Shown here: positions 62,414 to 64,000 of the stretch, one piece after another | How positions within the stretch are numbered: position 1 is the stretch's first letter | Layout of the letters: each line of letters starts with the position of its first letter | The notes under the pieces: generated by a model | Database searches by the model: none | Seen by the model: the letters and a program-made list of their open reading frames with translations, nothing else | What the model was told of the DNA's origin: nothing | Source of the DNA: Verrucomicrobiota bacterium | GTDB lineage: Bacteria > Verrucomicrobiota > Verrucomicrobiia > Limisphaerales > AAA164-E04 | Assembly (NCBI GenBank): GCA_047947115.1 | Contig: CP170459.1 | Coordinates: 4,128,001 to 4,192,000, forward strand | DNA: 64,000 nucleotides | Reading direction: 5' to 3' | Translations under genes and position numbers: made by a program

Positions 62414-62467
62414 ACCATCTCATTCGCAATGAGATGGTCTGGGGTTCGACTCCCCATGGCTCCACCA
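62414..62467 (+). pseudogene. 3' half of tRNA-Ala(CGC); probable integrase attachment site
   Basis: Anticodon arm TCTCA-TTCGCAA-TGAGA, T arm TGGGG-TTCGACT-CCCCA, acceptor 3' strand TGGCTCC-A-CCA; no matching 5' acceptor strand or D arm upstream. Confidence 0.8.
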
Positions 62468-62718
62468 AAACCTCCCGTTTTTCGCCCCTTTATCCCACTT
62501 TTTAGCAGATTGTTAGCTGTGTTTAAGGTAACTGATTAGGCTCCCTACTGGAATCTGCAACGCCAAGCAATTCAGTGAAGTTCCAGGCAAGGAAACCAAA
62601 TAAATGCCAAATTTTCAGGACCTAGATGCTCGGAAAACATCGCGGTAATTAAAATGATCAGCAATAAGTGAATCATTAAAGCCCTCAAGTCCATGTAACG
62701 ACATCACTCATCTTCAAT

Positions 62719-63849
62719 ATGAACAAAACCGAGAAAACCAAATGGTCACGTATGGGGTATGGCTTTTTCGCTCTCACATTTCACTTCTGCGTGTTCTGCA
62801 CGTCAGCCCATTCGCTGGACACATGGCAAGTTCGGCACTCCGGTGAAAACGGACTCACCGGTGTTACTTTTGGTTCCGATTTGTTTGTGGCTGTTGGGGG
62901 GAACGGGACTATTCTGACATCAACAAATGGTGAGATTTGGGAATCACAAGATTCAGGGACCAGTGTGGCTCTCAACGATGTCGCATATGGTAACGATACA
63001 TTTGTTGCAGTAGGGGCCAACGGGTTGGTATTGACATCGCCAGATGGAAGCAATTGGGGGGCCAAAGCATCAGGGAGCACTGCCAAATTACAGTCTGTTG
63101 CCTTTGAGAATGGTCTTTTTGTTGCAGTTGGCGAATCCCTTACATTACTGACATCGATAGATGGCCATGCATGGACGATTCAAAAACTCGATGCCCCTTT
63201 TATTCCATGGTTCATAGCTCACGGCGCAGGTTTGTTTTTAATTGAAAGCACCCGAGGCAAAGTTCTCGTTTCTATAGACGGCGCCAATTGGCTTGAGCAA
63301 AAAACGGGTTCTGACACGGGTCTTTACAGGGCTGGCTTTGGCGGAGGCCGGTTTGTCGCGATTGACACCAACACCCGTACGTTTCTCTCTGCTGACGGGA
63401 TCAATTGGCTGGAAGGTGGCACGACAAACCTGGGACGACATGGCGGGATTGCCTATGGAAATGGCCATTTTGTCGCCGGAGGCGGTGGTCTTGAGTATTC
63501 GCAAAATGGAATTGACTGGACCTTCAGTCCTTCAAGCTATGTTAGAGCTATCAAAGATGTGGCGTTTGGTGACGGGACTTTCGTAGCGGTTGGTTCGGGA
63601 GAAACAATCATGCAATCGCCCCCTGTTGTCTGGCTTCAAAGTATAGATCAGGGAATTTTGGACATTTACGGTCCGAGCGGAATCTCATACAGCATTGAGG
63701 CTCGAAATTCTCTGACAACTGATAGTAAATGGAGCAACTTGATGAACCTAACGGCCACTAACCTTCCACACCGCTGGGTAGACCCGGAAAGATTGCAGCA
63801 TTCAAACCGCTTTTATCGCGTGACAACTCGAGAGCAGCCAAGACCCTAA
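62719..63849 (+). CDS. Secreted BNR/Asp-box-like repeat (beta-propeller) protein with a C-terminal FYR domain
   Basis: Repeats L..V.(F/Y)G...FVAVG..G.ILTS.DG..W; signal peptide; ends RFYRVTTREQPRP. Confidence 0.82.
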   Translation: MNKTEKTKWSRMGYGFFALTFHFCVFCTSAHSLDTWQVRHSGENGLTGVTFGSDLFVAVGGNGTILTSTNGEIWESQDSGTSVALNDVAYGNDTFVAVGANGLVLTSPDGSNWGAKASGSTAKLQSVAFENGLFVAVGESLTLLTSIDGHAWTIQKLDAPFIPWFIAHGAGLFLIESTRGKVLVSIDGANWLEQKTGSDTGLYRAGFGGGRFVAIDTNTRTFLSADGINWLEGGTTNLGRHGGIAYGNGHFVAGGGGLEYSQNGIDWTFSPSSYVRAIKDVAFGDGTFVAVGSGETIMQSPPVVWLQSIDQGILDIYGPSGISYSIEARNSLTTDSKWSNLMNLTATNLPHRWVDPERLQHSNRFYRVTTREQPRP

Positions 63850-63964
63850 AACAAATGATCAAGAACAGGTTTGAAAAATGTAGGAAATCGACGATACCGC
63901 AATTAAACCTACCAAGGGAAACAGCAACTCAACAGCCCTTCAGTCTCATAATCCCGCGACTGCG

Positions 63965-64000
63965 CATGCGCGTCAGGATAAAGCCAGGAGGTTTTGTTCA
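63965..64000 (-). mobile_element. End of a second copy of the IS4-family element (truncated by the window edge)
   Basis: 36 bp identical to 58418..58453, preceded by the same flank ATCCCGCGACTGCG. Confidence 0.9.

Noticed and set aside
62392..62467. Complete tRNA-Ala or tmRNA 3' end
   Set aside because: There is no 5' acceptor strand (GGGGCCA expected) or D arm at the required distance. The CGC anticodon arm matches the Ala acceptor, which argues for a tRNA fragment rather than tmRNA.
1..64000. CRISPR array, cas genes, rRNA, prophage or defence-system genes
   Set aside because: No regularly spaced direct repeats or recognisable motifs for these were seen by eye.
58418..64000. Bona fide composite transposon carrying trxB
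   Set aside because: Copy 1 has its own 10-bp duplication on both sides, indicating an independent insertion; the far end of copy 2 is outside the window.

Overview
This is a bacterial chromosome segment of roughly 50% GC by eye. Its gene content points to Verrucomicrobiota of the PVC superphylum, probably Pedosphaera/Limisphaera-like (inferred from PSD1/DUF1501 pairs, DUF1552, a prepilin H-X9-DG protein and secreted proteins ending in F[YF]R). Core genes are purD (partial), a triple LMW-phosphatase/RpiB/GlyA fusion, rho with a long disordered N-terminus, ubiX, miaB, ppc, ppdK, a CbpA-like J protein, infC and trxB. Five accessory features stand out. (1) A winged-helix regulator sits divergent from ppc, and a shared ACGAA-N6-TTCG(T/C) palindrome lies before ppc and before a downstream ABC-HlyD-TolC operon whose only ATPase has lost its catalytic residues; this is a candidate inorganic-carbon-linked regulon. 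(2) Five unrelated secreted-type proteins share a ~55-70 aa C-terminal domain ending F-[YF]-[RIS], a candidate lineage-specific sorting signal. (3) A GntR cluster with PSD1, DUF1501, a CBM9-like protein, ThuA and DUF1552 has two candidate operators. (4) An IS4-family element occurs twice at the same palindromic target, the first copy beside a MITE and an inverted-repeat pair. (5) An orphan 3' half of tRNA-Ala(CGC) looks like an integrase att site. No CRISPR array, rRNA or complete tRNA was seen. All family assignments come from motif recognition only; no searches were run.
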